A stretch of DNA of 64,000 nucleotides from Octopus sinensis (GCF_006345805.1 NC_043002.1:682001-746000); one strand, 5' to 3'; shown: positions 12,183 to 25,232, counted from the stretch's first letter. Notes: generated by a model not told the origin, from the letters alone. Numbers and translations are program-made.

Positions 12183-15100
12183 ATATCGGCCTATGCCCCT
12201 CAGCCAGGGTTACCTGATGGACAGAAAGACCGTTTCTATGACACCCTACTGCAGACCACCTCATTGACGAACAACAGGGACCTTTTCTTTGTGGCTGGTG
12301 ACTTCAATGGGCATGTTGGACGATATGCTGAGGGCTTCTATGGCGTTCATGGAGGCTATGGTTATGGTTCTCGCAATGAGGAGGGAACCAGGCTGCTGGA
12401 GTTCTGTGATGCGAATAGTCTTATGGTTTGCAACACTAACTTCAGGAAACCAACAAGCCACCTGGTCACCTACCGTTCGGGCCAGCATACTAGCCAAATC
12501 GACTACATCCTTGCCAGAAAAAGGGAAAGATGGCTGCTTATGAATGCCAAAACCTTCCCAGGCGAAGAATGTACCCCACAACATAGAATGGTAGTCAGTG
12601 ACTTTAGGATCAGGACTAAGAGGACGACTAGAAGACGACCAACATGGAGAAGAAGGGTCTGGAAGCTTAAACATCCTGCTAATGGACAGAGATTTAGAGA
12701 CATGTTACTTGAAGCCTTCGACGAAATAGAAGGGGGCATAGCTACACATGGGGTAGAAGATAACTGGGCGCTCCTAAGGGACAACCTGCTGAAAGCCACT
12801 GACCAGATCTGTGGCTGGTGCAAAGTCCCCACAAGACCCAAAATAACGTAGTGGTGGAACAATACTGTTGACAGGGCTATTAGACAAAAGAAACAGGCTT
12901 GGAAGGACTGGAAGAACGGTGGTAGCAGGGAAGTGTATCAGACTGCAAGAAGGGAAGCTAGGAGGCAGGTTTATTTAGCCAGAGGGGAAGCAGATAGGAA
13001 AAAATTTGCCAATGTCCTGCGCCGTGAGGATGAAAGACTTGAGGTATTTCGTATAGCAAGACAGTGTGTGAGAGAGAATCGTGACGTGGTAGGAGAAAAA
13101 TGTGTTCACACAGATGATGGCTCACTTGCGCTAAATGAGGATGCAAAGAGAGAGGTTTGGAGAAGCCACTATGAAAGGTTGCTGAATGAGGAAAATGAAT
13201 GGGATAAAGAGAGTCTGCCGAATGTTGACCCAACAGAGGGACCAGCAATCCGAGTTGACAGTTCCTTAGTAGATAAGGCAATTAAAAGCATGAAAACAGG
13301 GAAAGCCCCAGGCCCATCAGGAATTACTGCAGAGATGCTCAAAATATCTGGTAGTGTCGGCTATAGCCTAGTCACCCGTATAGTTAACCAGGTGATACAC
13401 GAAGGAGTCATTCCCAATGACTGGTGTAGCAGCATAATAGTCAGCTGCTACAAAGGTAAAGGTGACGCCCTAGATACAAATAGCTACAGGGGTATCAAGC
13501 TGCTGGATCAGGTAATGAAGGTTACGGAGAGGGTTATAGCCCAACTAATTAGAGAGAGAGTTAGCCTAGATCAGATGCAGTTTGGGTTCGTGCCAGGGAA
13601 AAGTACTACTGATGCTATTTTCATGGTAAGACAGCTGCAAGAGAAATACCTAGCCAAAGACAAGCCCCTATACCTGGCTTTTGTTGATATGGAGAAAGCC
13701 TTCGACAGGGTCCCCCGATCCCTCATCTGGTGGTCAATGAGGAAACTAGGGATAGATGAATAGTTAGTGAAAGCTGTACAAGCCATGTACAGAGACGCTG
13801 CTAGTAAGGTGAGGGTTGGCACCGAGTACAGTGAAGAATTCAGAGTAGAGGTTGGGGTCCACCAAGGTTCAGTCCTCAGTCCCCTCCTATTTATCATAGT
13901 CCTCCAGGCAATAACGAAGGAATTCAAGACAGGATGCCCCTGGGAGCTCCTCTATGCTGATGACCTTGCTCTAATTGCTGAGTCTCTATCAGAACTAGAG
14001 GAGAAGTTTCAGGTATGGAAACAAGGTTTAGAATCGAAGGGCCTTAGAATCAACCTAGCCAAAACCAAAGTCCTAATAAGTAGGAAGGTAGACCAATCAC
14101 AAACGCCTTCAGGTAGATGGCCCTACTCGATCTGTAGAAAAGGTGTAGGTAGAAACTCTATAAGATGCACCAAGTGTAAGCTATGGACACATAAGAGGTG
14201 CAGCAATGTCAAAGGAAGGCTAACTAGGAAGATGGTTTTTGTATGTGGCAGATGCTCAGGAACAATTAACACTGAAGATGCTCTGAGACCAACTTCCGTC
14301 ACTTTCCAGGGAGAAAAGCTAGAAGTAGTTGATAGTTTCCGTTACCTAGGTGACCAAGTCAGTAGCGGGGGCGGGTGCGCTGAGAGTATAACCGCTAGAG
14401 TAAGAATAGCCTGGGCAAAGTTTAGAGAGCTATTACCTCTGTTGGTGACAAAAGGCCTCTCGCTCAAAGTAAAAGGCAGACTGTATGATGCATGTGTACG
14501 TACAGCCATGCTACATGGTAGTGAAACTTGGGCTGTGACTGCTGAGGATTTGCGTAAGCTCGCAAGAAATGAAGCTAGTATGCTCCGATGGATGTGTAAC
14601 GTCAGTGTTCATAATCGACAGAGTGTAAGTACCTTGAGAGAAAAGTTGAACCTAAGAAGTATCAGTTGTTGTGTGCAAGAGAGACGTATGCGCTGGTATG
14701 GTCATGTGATGAGAATGGCTGAAGATAGTTGTGTGCGAAAGTGCCACACCCTGGCAGTTGAGGGGACCTGTGGAAGAGGTAGACCCAGGAAAACCTGGGT
14801 CGAGGCGGTGAAGCACGACCTTCGAACTTTAGGTCTCACCAAGGAAATGACCAGTGACCGAGACCTTTGGAGGTATGCTGTGCGTGAGAAAACCCGGCAA
14901 GACCAGTGAGAACAGTCAAAATCAAGATCAAACCAAATTGAGGTCGATCAACATCAGGGCCCCCGTGCAGGTGACACGTAAAAGTACCATCCGTTCGTAG
15001 CCGTTTGCCAGCCCTGTCTGGCCCCCGTGTCGGTGGCACGTAAAAGCACCATCCGTTCGTGTTCGTTGCCAGCCTGGCCTGGCCCCCGTGCCGGTGACAC

Positions 15101-15813
15101 GTAAAAGTACCATCCGTTTGTGGCCGTTTGCCAGCTCTGTCTGGCCCCCGTGCCGGTGACACGTAAAAGCACCATCCGTTCGTGGCCGTTTGCCAGCTCT
15201 GTCTGGCCCCCGTGCCGGTGACACGTAAAAGCACCATCCGTTCGTGGCCGTTTGCCAGCCCTGTCTGGCCCCCATGTCGGTGACATGTAAAAGCACCATC
15301 CGTTCGCGTCCGTTGCCAGCCTCGCCTGGCCCCCGTGCCGGTGACACATAAAAGCACCATCCGTTCGTGGCCGTTTGCCAGCCCTGTCTGGCCCCCATGT
15401 CGGTGGCATGTAAAAGCACCATCCGTTCGTGCCCGTTGCCAGCCTCGCCTGGCCCCCGTGCCGGTGACACGTAAAAGCACCATCCGTTTCGTGGCCGTTT
15501 GCCAGCTCTGTCTGGCCCCCATGTTGGTGGCACGTAAAAGCACCATCCGTTCGTGTCCGTTGCCAGCCTCGCCTGGCCCCGTGCCGGTGACACATAAAAG
15601 CACCATCCGTTCGTGGCCGTTTGCCAGCCCTGTCTGGCACCTGTGCAGGTGGCACGTAAAAAGCACCCACTACACTTACGGAGTGGTTGGCGTTAGGAAG
15701 GGCATCCAGCCGTAGAAACACTGCCAGATCTGACTGGGCCTGATGAAGCCTTCCAGCTTCACAGACCCCAGTTGAACCGTCCAACCCATGCTAGCATGGA
15801 GAACGGACGCTAA

Positions 15814-15851
<38 letters not shown>
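12183..15851 (+). mobile_element. Young RTE-clade LINE, 5'-truncated within the APE endonuclease
   Basis: One reading frame 12183-14909: ISAYAPQ, GDFNGHVG, SQIDYIL, NSYRGIKLL, DMEKAFDRVP, HQGSVLSPLLF, LYADDL and a C-terminal Cys cluster. Only two stops (TAG 12849-51, TAG 13761-63). 3'-UTR tandem array and (GAT)n tail. Confidence 0.97.
14958..15669 (+). repeat. 61/62-bp tandem array (11 units plus a terminal partial unit) in the RTE 3'-UTR
   Basis: (G/A)TAAAAG(C/T)ACC recurs every 61-62 bp. Two unit variants: ...GCCAGCTCTGTCTGGC and ...GCCAGCCTCGCCTGGC. Confidence 0.95.
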
Positions 15852-15860
15852 ACATACATA

Positions 15861-15900
<40 letters not shown>

Positions 15901-15916
15901 ATATATATATATACAT

Positions 15917-15960
<44 letters not shown>

Positions 15961-15964
<4 letters not shown>

Positions 15965-16428
15965 ACAATTGAGGGTAAAATTAATTAATTAATCAATTTC
16001 ACCAAGTGTTCAGTATGTAAAAGGACCATTTAAGGCGAATTCAAAATATTACATTATATAATTAGGGCTTAGTAAAATAAATTACTTTGCCACATACTGA
16101 ACTTAGTAGAAATAGCAGCCTAATCTTGAAACGTTGACGTACTCAAACGATCTATGTACTTGTGATATTTTTCTGTATTTACCCCCAAACCTTCGTGAGC
16201 TGTCTGGAGTAAACATTATCTGAGAGAAATTTTCTTTAAGTAGTAGAAATGCTAAGAAAATTTTTTTTGGCTGCTATTTCTACTAAGTTCAGTATGTGGC
16301 AAAGTAATTTATTTTACTAAGCCCTAATTATATAATGTAATATTTTGAATTCGCCTTAAATGGTCCTTTTACATACTGAACACTTGGTGAAATTGATTAA
16401 TTAATTAATTTTACCCTCAATTGTTGAT
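15961..16428. mobile_element. MITE/foldback-like element with 160-bp perfect terminal inverted repeats
   Basis: 15961-16120 is the exact reverse complement of 16269-16428 (ATCAACAATTGAGGG...GCAGCC). 148-bp non-coding spacer; adjacent to (TA)n. Confidence 0.9.
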
Positions 16429-16434
16429 ATTATA

Positions 16435-19400
16435 ATTCATTTCTCTCGGTCATACTGCCTCGGTTCCTGCTGGCATGGAAAGGAAGGTGCAGGCTGCCGC
16501 TTTGCACATCGGGGACCCTGCCACAGAGACACGAGGCAGATGGACAAACCATCAACACAAAGAAAAGGGATGGACCACGCACCACCTGCCCCAAAACGGA
16601 GGTACGCAGAGGTTGTGCGCGCCACAAACAGCCAACATGATGTCGAAAGAGCAGCTGCTGAGCAACAATCTTTTTTGTGCATGGCACAAAAGATTGTACA
16701 GCAGCTGACCTGGCTTCATCAAACCCAAGCCCGCAGGTGGGACTACCCACTATATACCAGACCACCACAGCAAACAGACACAGGATGGACACCGCCGGCA
16801 ACAACGTACACCTCACCTCGATACTCCTACATCAGAGGACTGCAAACACTCAGTAACAGGACAAAGATCCCGTTCCTGAGAGACTTTGTTGCATGCAATC
16901 AAGCCTTATGCATAGCACTTACAGAAACGCCCCTGAAACCGGACATAGCAGATGCGGAGTTACACATACCACAGTATGCTGTACTACGGACCGACAGGAA
17001 AGAAAGGAGTCATGGAGGTGTTGCTATGTACATCCGTGAGGACCTCACACCCCAGGTCCTCTTGTCATACTCAAACTCGGTGTGTGACACACTAATTGTA
17101 CATATTAGGCAACTTGATGTAGTTGTGTGTGCTACATATCGCCCTCCAGATGCCCCAAGCCATGTGGGCAAGTTTGAAGACTGCCTTATAAAAATAGAAG
17201 AAATTCTAACCACATTAGAGCAACACATAGGTGTGCTTCTTATGGGAGACTTCAATCTGCCCAATGTCAGATGGCCCGAGGGCCTTTCTCTCCCAGGAAT
17301 GACAAGATGTGAACGAGGACAGGCGAGGTCCCTCCTGAACCTCATCAACACCCTGTACATGGAGCAGGTAATACTCCAACCAACCAGGGCAGGTAACACA
17401 CTGGATCTCTGCTTCACAAATGACATGGATCTCATCCATAATGTGAAAGTGACACCGACACTACTCTCGGATCACAACATGATAGAGCTGACCATGTACG
17501 GGCCAAAAGAGAGCACGGACATGCAGCCTACAAGAAACCCTCAAAATCTTTCCAGCTTGAACTACCATAAGGCAAACTGGAAACAAATTGAGAAAGAGAT
17601 CCTCAAACAAAACTGGCCTAAATGTCTCTCCTCGCCAGACATCGACGTGAAACTTCAACAATTCATGTCTGTAATGCAAGCCATATGCTACAAATGTGTC
17701 CCAGAGAGAAAGGCCACTGTACACAAGAACAAAATCCCCAGAGAGAGGAAAATTTTAATGAGACGGCGTACGAAATTTTCAAATCGCCTAAACAAACAGA
17801 TTGAAAGCAGTGAAAAGTCCCGCCTAAAAATAAAACTGTTGGAAATCGAAAAATGTCTGCAACTCTCCCATGAAAAAGAAAGAGCAGACAAAGAAGCCTG
17901 GGCTATAGAAAACATAAAATCTAACCCCAGAGCTTTCTACAGGTATGCCAAAGAAACAGCTACAGTGCACTGTAGAATAGGGCCACTCCTCGAAAAGGAT
18001 GGCACACTTACAGGAAAACCAATGAGGGTAAGTGAAATACTGAATGAGCAATTCAAGAGTGTTTTCACTCCACCCCTTGGGCATCTCCAAATCACCAATC
18101 CAACTGACTTTTTTACCACTGCAGATATAAAATCAGAGGCGGCGACGATAGATTACATTGATATAAAGGAGACGATGTAACCAAGGCTATAGATGAAATG
18201 AAAACAGACTCAGCTACTGGCCCCGATGGATTCCCGGCAATCCTCCTAAAAGCATGTAAGAGAGTCCTAGCAAGACCACTGCAGTTCCTCTTTCAGAGCT
18301 TCCTTGCAGCTGGCAAACTTCCAGGAAAACTGAAGGAAGGTAAAATATGCCCCATTCATAAAGGAGGTAGCAGAGCGGAAGCCAAGAACTATAGACCTAT
18401 CTCTCTGACCTCACACATCAGCAAGGTCATGGAACGAATAGTCAGAAGGAAGCTGATCACCTTCCTTGAAGAGAATGACTTGCTGCCCGACACCCAACAT
18501 GGTTTCCGACCAGGGAGAAGCTGTTTAACTCAGCTCCTACAACACTATGACTGGGTGCTGAAACGGCTGCTCAACCACTCAAATGTGGAAGTGATATATC
18601 TCGACTTTGCAAAGGCCTTTGATAAAGTCGATCATGGAATGATATGTCACAAACTGCGTGATCTCAACATAGTTGGAAAACTGGGAGAATGGCTTCATGA
18701 CTTTCTGAAGGATAGAAGTCAGGTGGTAGTAGCCAATGGGGCCACCTCCATTAACACACAAATAGTGAGCGGTGTTCCGCAGGGCACTGTTCTGGGACCA
18801 CTACTGTTCATAATGGCCCTCTCAGACATGCCCTCAGCCACGCAGAGAGCCACGATCACAAGTTATGCAGATGATACAAAAGTTTCACAGGCAATACAGA
18901 ACCCTGAGGACACTAAACACCTGCAATGTGAGCTGGACGAAATATACAAGTGGGCTGAAAAGAATAGCATGCAGTTCAATGCTGGAAAGTTTCAAGCTTT
19001 ATACTATCAGCATGCAAAACTGAATGCAATACCCAATGAATACACTGGACCCGGAGGGATTGCAATCCCAGAGGCACAATCAGTGCGTGACCTGGGTATT
19101 CACATGAGTGATGACGCGACCTTTCATGTACATGTTGCTAAACTGACAATGAAATGTAGACGGCTGGCTGGATGGATTCTTAGAACCTTTAGAACAAGAG
19201 AACAAAAAACCATGATGGTCCTCTGGAAGACACTTGTCCTAAGCCACTTTGACTATTGCTCTCAGCTATGGTCACCATCCAGTGTCAAGTTGATCACAGA
19301 ACTTGAGGCGATCCAACGAAGCTACACAAAGAAGATAGCCTCTATGCAGAATGTGAGCTACTGGGAAAGACTCAAGAGATTAAAATTATATTCTCTGGAG

Positions 19401-19863
19401 CGTAGGCGGGAAAGATATGCCATAATATACATCTGGAAGATCCTGGAGGGAAGTGTCCTGAACTTTGGCATCGAGAGTTACGCAAATGCCAGAACTGGGC
19501 GCCACTGCGTGGTGCCTAGGACTCCAAACCTGCCATCAAGATGTAGGACAAGATTTTGTGATAGCCTGGGCTTCCGAGGCCCACAGCTCTTCAATATCCT
19601 CCCGAAGAACCTGAGAGACCTGCATGGGGTGGATACAGATGTCTTTAAAATGAAGCTGGATCTCTTCCTGTCAGGTGTCCCAGATGAACCAACTTCACGG
19701 CAGGAGGGGCAGATGAGGGCAGCTGCATCGAACTCTCTCATGCACCAAATAGCAGTTGCTAGAAAGCCTCCATGAAGTGAAACCAAGTAGCAACACCAAA
19801 TGGCGGTGCCCCAGCATGGCCACAGCTCATAAGCTGAAACTAGAATCAATCAATCAATCAATC
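16435..19863 (+). mobile_element. CR1-group LINE, near-intact pol with one frameshift
   Basis: APE motifs (IALTET, GGVAMYI, YRPP, GDFNLP, GNTLDL, SDHN) and RT motifs (NYRPISLTS, QHGFRPGRSC, YLDFAKAFD, GVPQGTVLGPLLF, YADD). 1-nt deletion near 18170; short 3'-UTR stem-loop and (AATC)n tail. Confidence 0.96.
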
Positions 19864-20708
<845 letters not shown>

Positions 20709-20710
<2 letters not shown>

Positions 20711-22726
20711 GTTAACCAGGTGATAGTTAACCCGCATAGTAAACCAGGTGATACACGAAGGAGTCATACCCAATGACTGGTGTAACAGCATAATAGTCAA
20801 CTGCTACAAAGGTAAAGGTGACGCCCTAGATACAAATAATTACAGAGGTATCAAGCTGTTGGATCAGGTAATGAAGGTTACGGAGAGGGTCATAGCCCAA
20901 CTAATTAGAGAGAGAGTTAGTTTAGATGAGATGCAGTTTGGTTTCGTGCCAGGGAAAAGTACTACTGATGCTATATTCCTGGTAAGGTAGCTGCAGGAGA
21001 AATACCTATCCAAAGATGAGTCCCTGTACCTGGCTCTTGTTGACATGGAGAAAGCCTTCGACAGGGTCCCCCGATCCCTTATCTAGTGGTCAATGAGGAA
21101 ACTAGGGATAGTAGAATGGTTAGTGAGAGCTGTACAAGCCGTGTACAGGTAGCTGTAAGTAAGGTGAGGATTGACAACAAGTACAGTGAAGAATTCTAGG
21201 TAGAGGTAGGGGTCCACCAAGGTTCAGTCCTCAGCCTCCTCCTATTTATCATAGCCCTCCAGGCAATAACGGAGGAATTCAAGACAGGATGCCCCTGGGA
21301 GCTCCTCTTTGCTGATGACCTTGCTCTAATTGCTGAGTCTCTATCAGAACTGGAGGAGAAGTTTCAGGTGTGGAAGGAGGGATTAGAATCGAGGGGCCTT
21401 AGAGTCAACCTAGCTAAAACCAAAGTCCTAATAAGTAGGAAGGTAGACAAATCACATACGCCTTTAGGTAGATGGCCCTGCTCTATCTGTAGAAAAGGCG
21501 TAGGTAGAAACTCTATAAGATGCACCAAGTGTAAGCTATGGACACATAAGAGGTGCAGCAATATCAAAGGAAGGCTAACTAGGAAAATAGTTTTTGTATG
21601 TGGCAGATGCTCAGGAGCAATAAACACTGAAAATGCTCTGAGACCAACGTCCGCCACATTCCAGGGAGAAAAACTAAGAAATAGTTATAGCTTCCGTTAC
21701 ATAGCTAACCAAGTCAGTAGCGGGGGAGGGTGTGCTGAAAGTGTAACTGCTAGAGTAAGAATAGCCTGGGCAAAGTTCAGAGAGCTATTACCTCTGCTGG
21801 TGACAAAAGGCCTCTCGCTCAGAGTAAAAGGCAGCAGACTGTATGACGCATGTGTACGAACAGCCATGCTACATGGCAGTGAAACATGGGCTGTGACTGC
21901 TGAGAATATGCGTAAGCTCGCAAGAAATGAAGCCAGTATGCAGCGATGGATGTGTAATGTCAGTGTACATACTCGAGAGAGTGTAAGTACCTTGAGAGAA
22001 AAGCTGGACCTAAGAAGCGTCAGTTGTAGTGTGCAAGAGAGACGTTTGCGCTGGTATGGTCATGTGGCGAGAATGGATGAAGATAGTTGTGTGAAAAAGT
22101 GCCACACCCTAGCGATTGAGGGAACCTGTGAAAGAGGTAGACCCAAGAAAACCTGGGACAAGGTGGTGAAGCATGACCTTCAAACTTTAGGTCTCACCGA
22201 GGAAATGACTAGAGACTGAGACCTCTGGAAGTATGCTGTGAGTGAGAAGACCCGGCAGGACAAGTGAGACCATAATACGTGGCTTCTACCTGGGATGTAG
22301 CTAGTCCACTTATGCATACCTTTCTTTCTTGGGACACAAAACTCTATTTGTGAAGACCTGTTGAGGCAAGTGAGAATCAAAATCAAAATCGAAATCGATC
22401 AACATCAATGGAAATTGTAGCTGTGACACATAAGAGAACCATCCGAACGTGGCCGTTGCCAGCCTCACCTGGCCCCCATGCTGGTGGCACGTAAAAAGCA
22501 CCATCTGATCAAGGCGGTTTGCCAGCCCCGTCTGGCACCTGTGCGTGTGGCACGTAAAAAGCACCCACTACACTCACGGAGTGGTTGGCGTTAGGAAGGG
22601 CATCTAGCTGTAGAAACATTGCCAGATCAGACTGGAGTCTGGTGCAGCCTCCTGGCTTCCCAGACCCCAGTTGAACCGTCCAACCCATGCTAGCATGGAG
22701 AACGGACGTTAAACGATGATGATGAT
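20709..22726 (+). mobile_element. RTE LINE 3' portion, degenerate
   Basis: RT and C-terminal motifs with stops and frameshifts, 1-2 3'-UTR units and a (GAT)n tail. Confidence 0.93.
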
Positions 22727-22784
22727 ATATATATATATATATATACATATATATACATATACATATATATATATATATACATAA

Positions 22785-23060
22785 TAAATATTAGGGAATA
22801 AATCCAAATTTACAGGGAAAAAATCAGATTTAGGATTAAATCCAATTTTATAGTAAAATATTATAAAATATTATTAGAGACAAAACCACTATTTTGCAAA
22901 ACAAACAAGGAAAGACTTAATCAATACATAAAATTTTAATAAATAGTCAAAAAAACCGCCACTACAATTGTTTCTTGTCTTGATCGACAATCTTCAGGTG
23001 GACTTCCAATAAGTCAGTTTCAAATTATGAAGTGTTTTGTCTCTAATAATATTTTATATA
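22785..23060 (-). mobile_element. Penelope-like element terminus containing a hammerhead ribozyme
   Basis: Hammerhead at 22959-23001 (-), a ~25-bp inverted repeat (about 22862-22888 vs 23033-23059) and the terminal motif shared with the 11.3-kb copy. Confidence 0.6.
22959..23001 (-). ncRNA. Minimal type I hammerhead ribozyme (CUGAAGA variant)
   Basis: Minus strand: CCAC-CTGAAGA-TTGTC(GATCAA)GACAA-GAAA-CAATTG-TA-GTGG. Stems I and II are perfect, stem III is palindromic, and the cleavage triplet is GUA. Confidence 0.85.
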
Positions 23061-23067
23061 TATATAC

Positions 23068-23110
<43 letters not shown>

Positions 23111-23112
23111 TA

Positions 23113-23618
23113 TCGATATATATAAAACTCTAGTTGTGTGAGTGTCTGTCCCCTTCGATTTAGATTCCTAACTCCTCCCACATTTTGCGGTGCAGTTTAA
23201 CCAAATTCGGGTATCTTATAGTTGTGATTCATATCGAGCCCGTCTGACTATTAGCGCGCGTCAACGATGAGTCTACGATTTTAAAAATAATTTAACATCA
23301 TTTTTTATTCCATTTTAATGCATAAAATGCATCGTGTGTCGATGGCGGTGGAGTTGGTGTCCACGCTCACAGCTGCACCTGTTTGCTTCTCCCCCTTCCC
23401 TCCCTCGTGAAGCTGTGGGGAAGGGAGTGTAAAGAAATCAACGTCGTAATGCGTTGTGAAGGAAACCAGCGTTCTTTTAGAACAACGACTTCATGGCTTG
23501 AAGACACCAAAACAAAAATGGCTAAGAAAGCCCGAATTTATAAGGGAAGTAACTCTCTAAAAATGCTTATATAGTTATTTCCCTTACAAACCCGAGCAAC
23601 GCCGGGCGATACTGCTAG
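23113..23618 (+). mobile_element. Non-autonomous Helitron
   Basis: 5' TC(G)ATATATATAAAA, 3' hairpin CCCGAGCAACGCCGGG, terminal CTAG (23615-18), and insertion between A and T. Confidence 0.8.
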
Positions 23619-23625
23619 TATATAC

Positions 23626-23678
<53 letters not shown>

Positions 23679-23755
23679 AAGTTGAAATTTACAGAAAAAC
23701 GTATATATACAGGTATATGTATGTATATATATATATATACATTATATATATATAC

Positions 23756-23788
<33 letters not shown>

Positions 23789-23896
23789 ATTTACATATAC
23801 ATATACACACACACACACATATATATATATATGTATATATATATTTACATATACATACACACACACACACACACACACACAACACACACACACACA

Positions 23897-23949
<53 letters not shown>

Positions 23950-24557
23950 CTATGTTTAAGAACTAAATGTGTAGTTTGTAACCATACTGGTATGTAGACT
24001 TGCTGGCAAGTACCTTTGTCATTAACAGGGCTTTATGGAACGATTTCATACCCCAAAATTCCATTTCTTTATACTTGACATACTTATTTCTCCTTCTCCA
24101 CTCCTTTTTATACATACATATATGAATACATATATGAATATATGTGAATGACTACAGGTATATATGTTTGTGTTTCTTTGCATGTATGTATGTGTAAGGT
24201 CCTAATGATCTTTGTGCATGTACATGTGTGTGTGTGTGTGTGTATATATGTACGTGTGTTGTACATCTATATACATGTTTATGCATGGGTACATATATGT
24301 GTGTGTGTGTTGGTGTTTGCATGTGTGTATGTTTATAACCAAACACTCCCTATCTAAACAGTGAATAACAAACTCTAAAATATCAGTTTGAAAACCAACT
24401 CCCATCAGAGTCAGCCTTTGTAAACTTACAAACATTTAATCATTAAAGCGGAATAATTAGCAGAAAAGCCATTTCTATTCAGTTTTACAAAAATATGTGT
24501 GTGTGCGTGTGTGTGTGTATACATACATGCATACATACATACATACATACATATATA

Positions 24558-24594
<37 letters not shown>

Positions 24595-24695
24595 TCATCA
24601 TCATCATTGTTTAACATCTGCTTTCCATACTAGCATGGGTTGGACGATTTAGCATGGAAAGCGGACATTAAACGATGAAGATGATGATGATGATG

Positions 24696-24741
<46 letters not shown>

Positions 24742-24749
<8 letters not shown>

Positions 24750-24960
24750 ATGGAAACATAAAAACACAAAGAGGAAACACAACAACGTGGAACAAGTATA
24801 GTGTTATTGGACGCTCAAGAAAGGAAAGAAAGAAGGAGGATTTAACGCTTTGAGCGGAGCTCTTCGTCAGAAACATAGGAAAAGGAAATATTCAAGGAAG
24901 GAAAGACGGAGGAAAAAAAATCGCCAATGATACACACACAGTCATATTTTGAATACATAT
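24742..24960 (-). mobile_element. Penelope-like terminal fragment with a degenerate hammerhead (24841-24873)
   Basis: Minus strand: TTT-CTGACGA-A-GAGC(TCC)GCTC-AAAG-CG-TT-AAA. Confidence 0.55.
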
Positions 24961-24969
24961 ATATATATA

Positions 24970-25191
24970 CGGGTGGCACGTAAAAAGCACCCACTACACT
25001 CATGGAGTGGTTGGCGTTAGGAAGGGCATCCAGCTGTAGAAACACTGCCAGATCTGACTGGCCTGATGAAGCCTTCTGGCTTCACAGACCCCAGTAGAAC
25101 CGTCCAACCCATGCTAGCATAGAAAGCGGATGCTAAACGATGATGATGATGATGATGATGATACACACACACACACATATCCATACATACA

Positions 25192-25232
<41 letters not shown>

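Noticed and set aside
14958-15669. CRISPR-like appearance of the regular array (also about 35045-35600)
   Set aside because: No unique spacers (the units are near-identical tandem copies), eukaryotic LINE 3'-UTR context and no cas genes.
15735-15775. CTGATGA in the RTE 3'-UTR as a hammerhead core (also about 25065)
   Set aside because: It is part of a simple hairpin (TGAAGC/GCTTCA) with no following GAAA or stem III.
14836-15784. Long ORFs of 221-276 aa on the minus strand
   Set aside because: By-products of a stop-poor GC-rich tandem repeat, antisense to the LINE.
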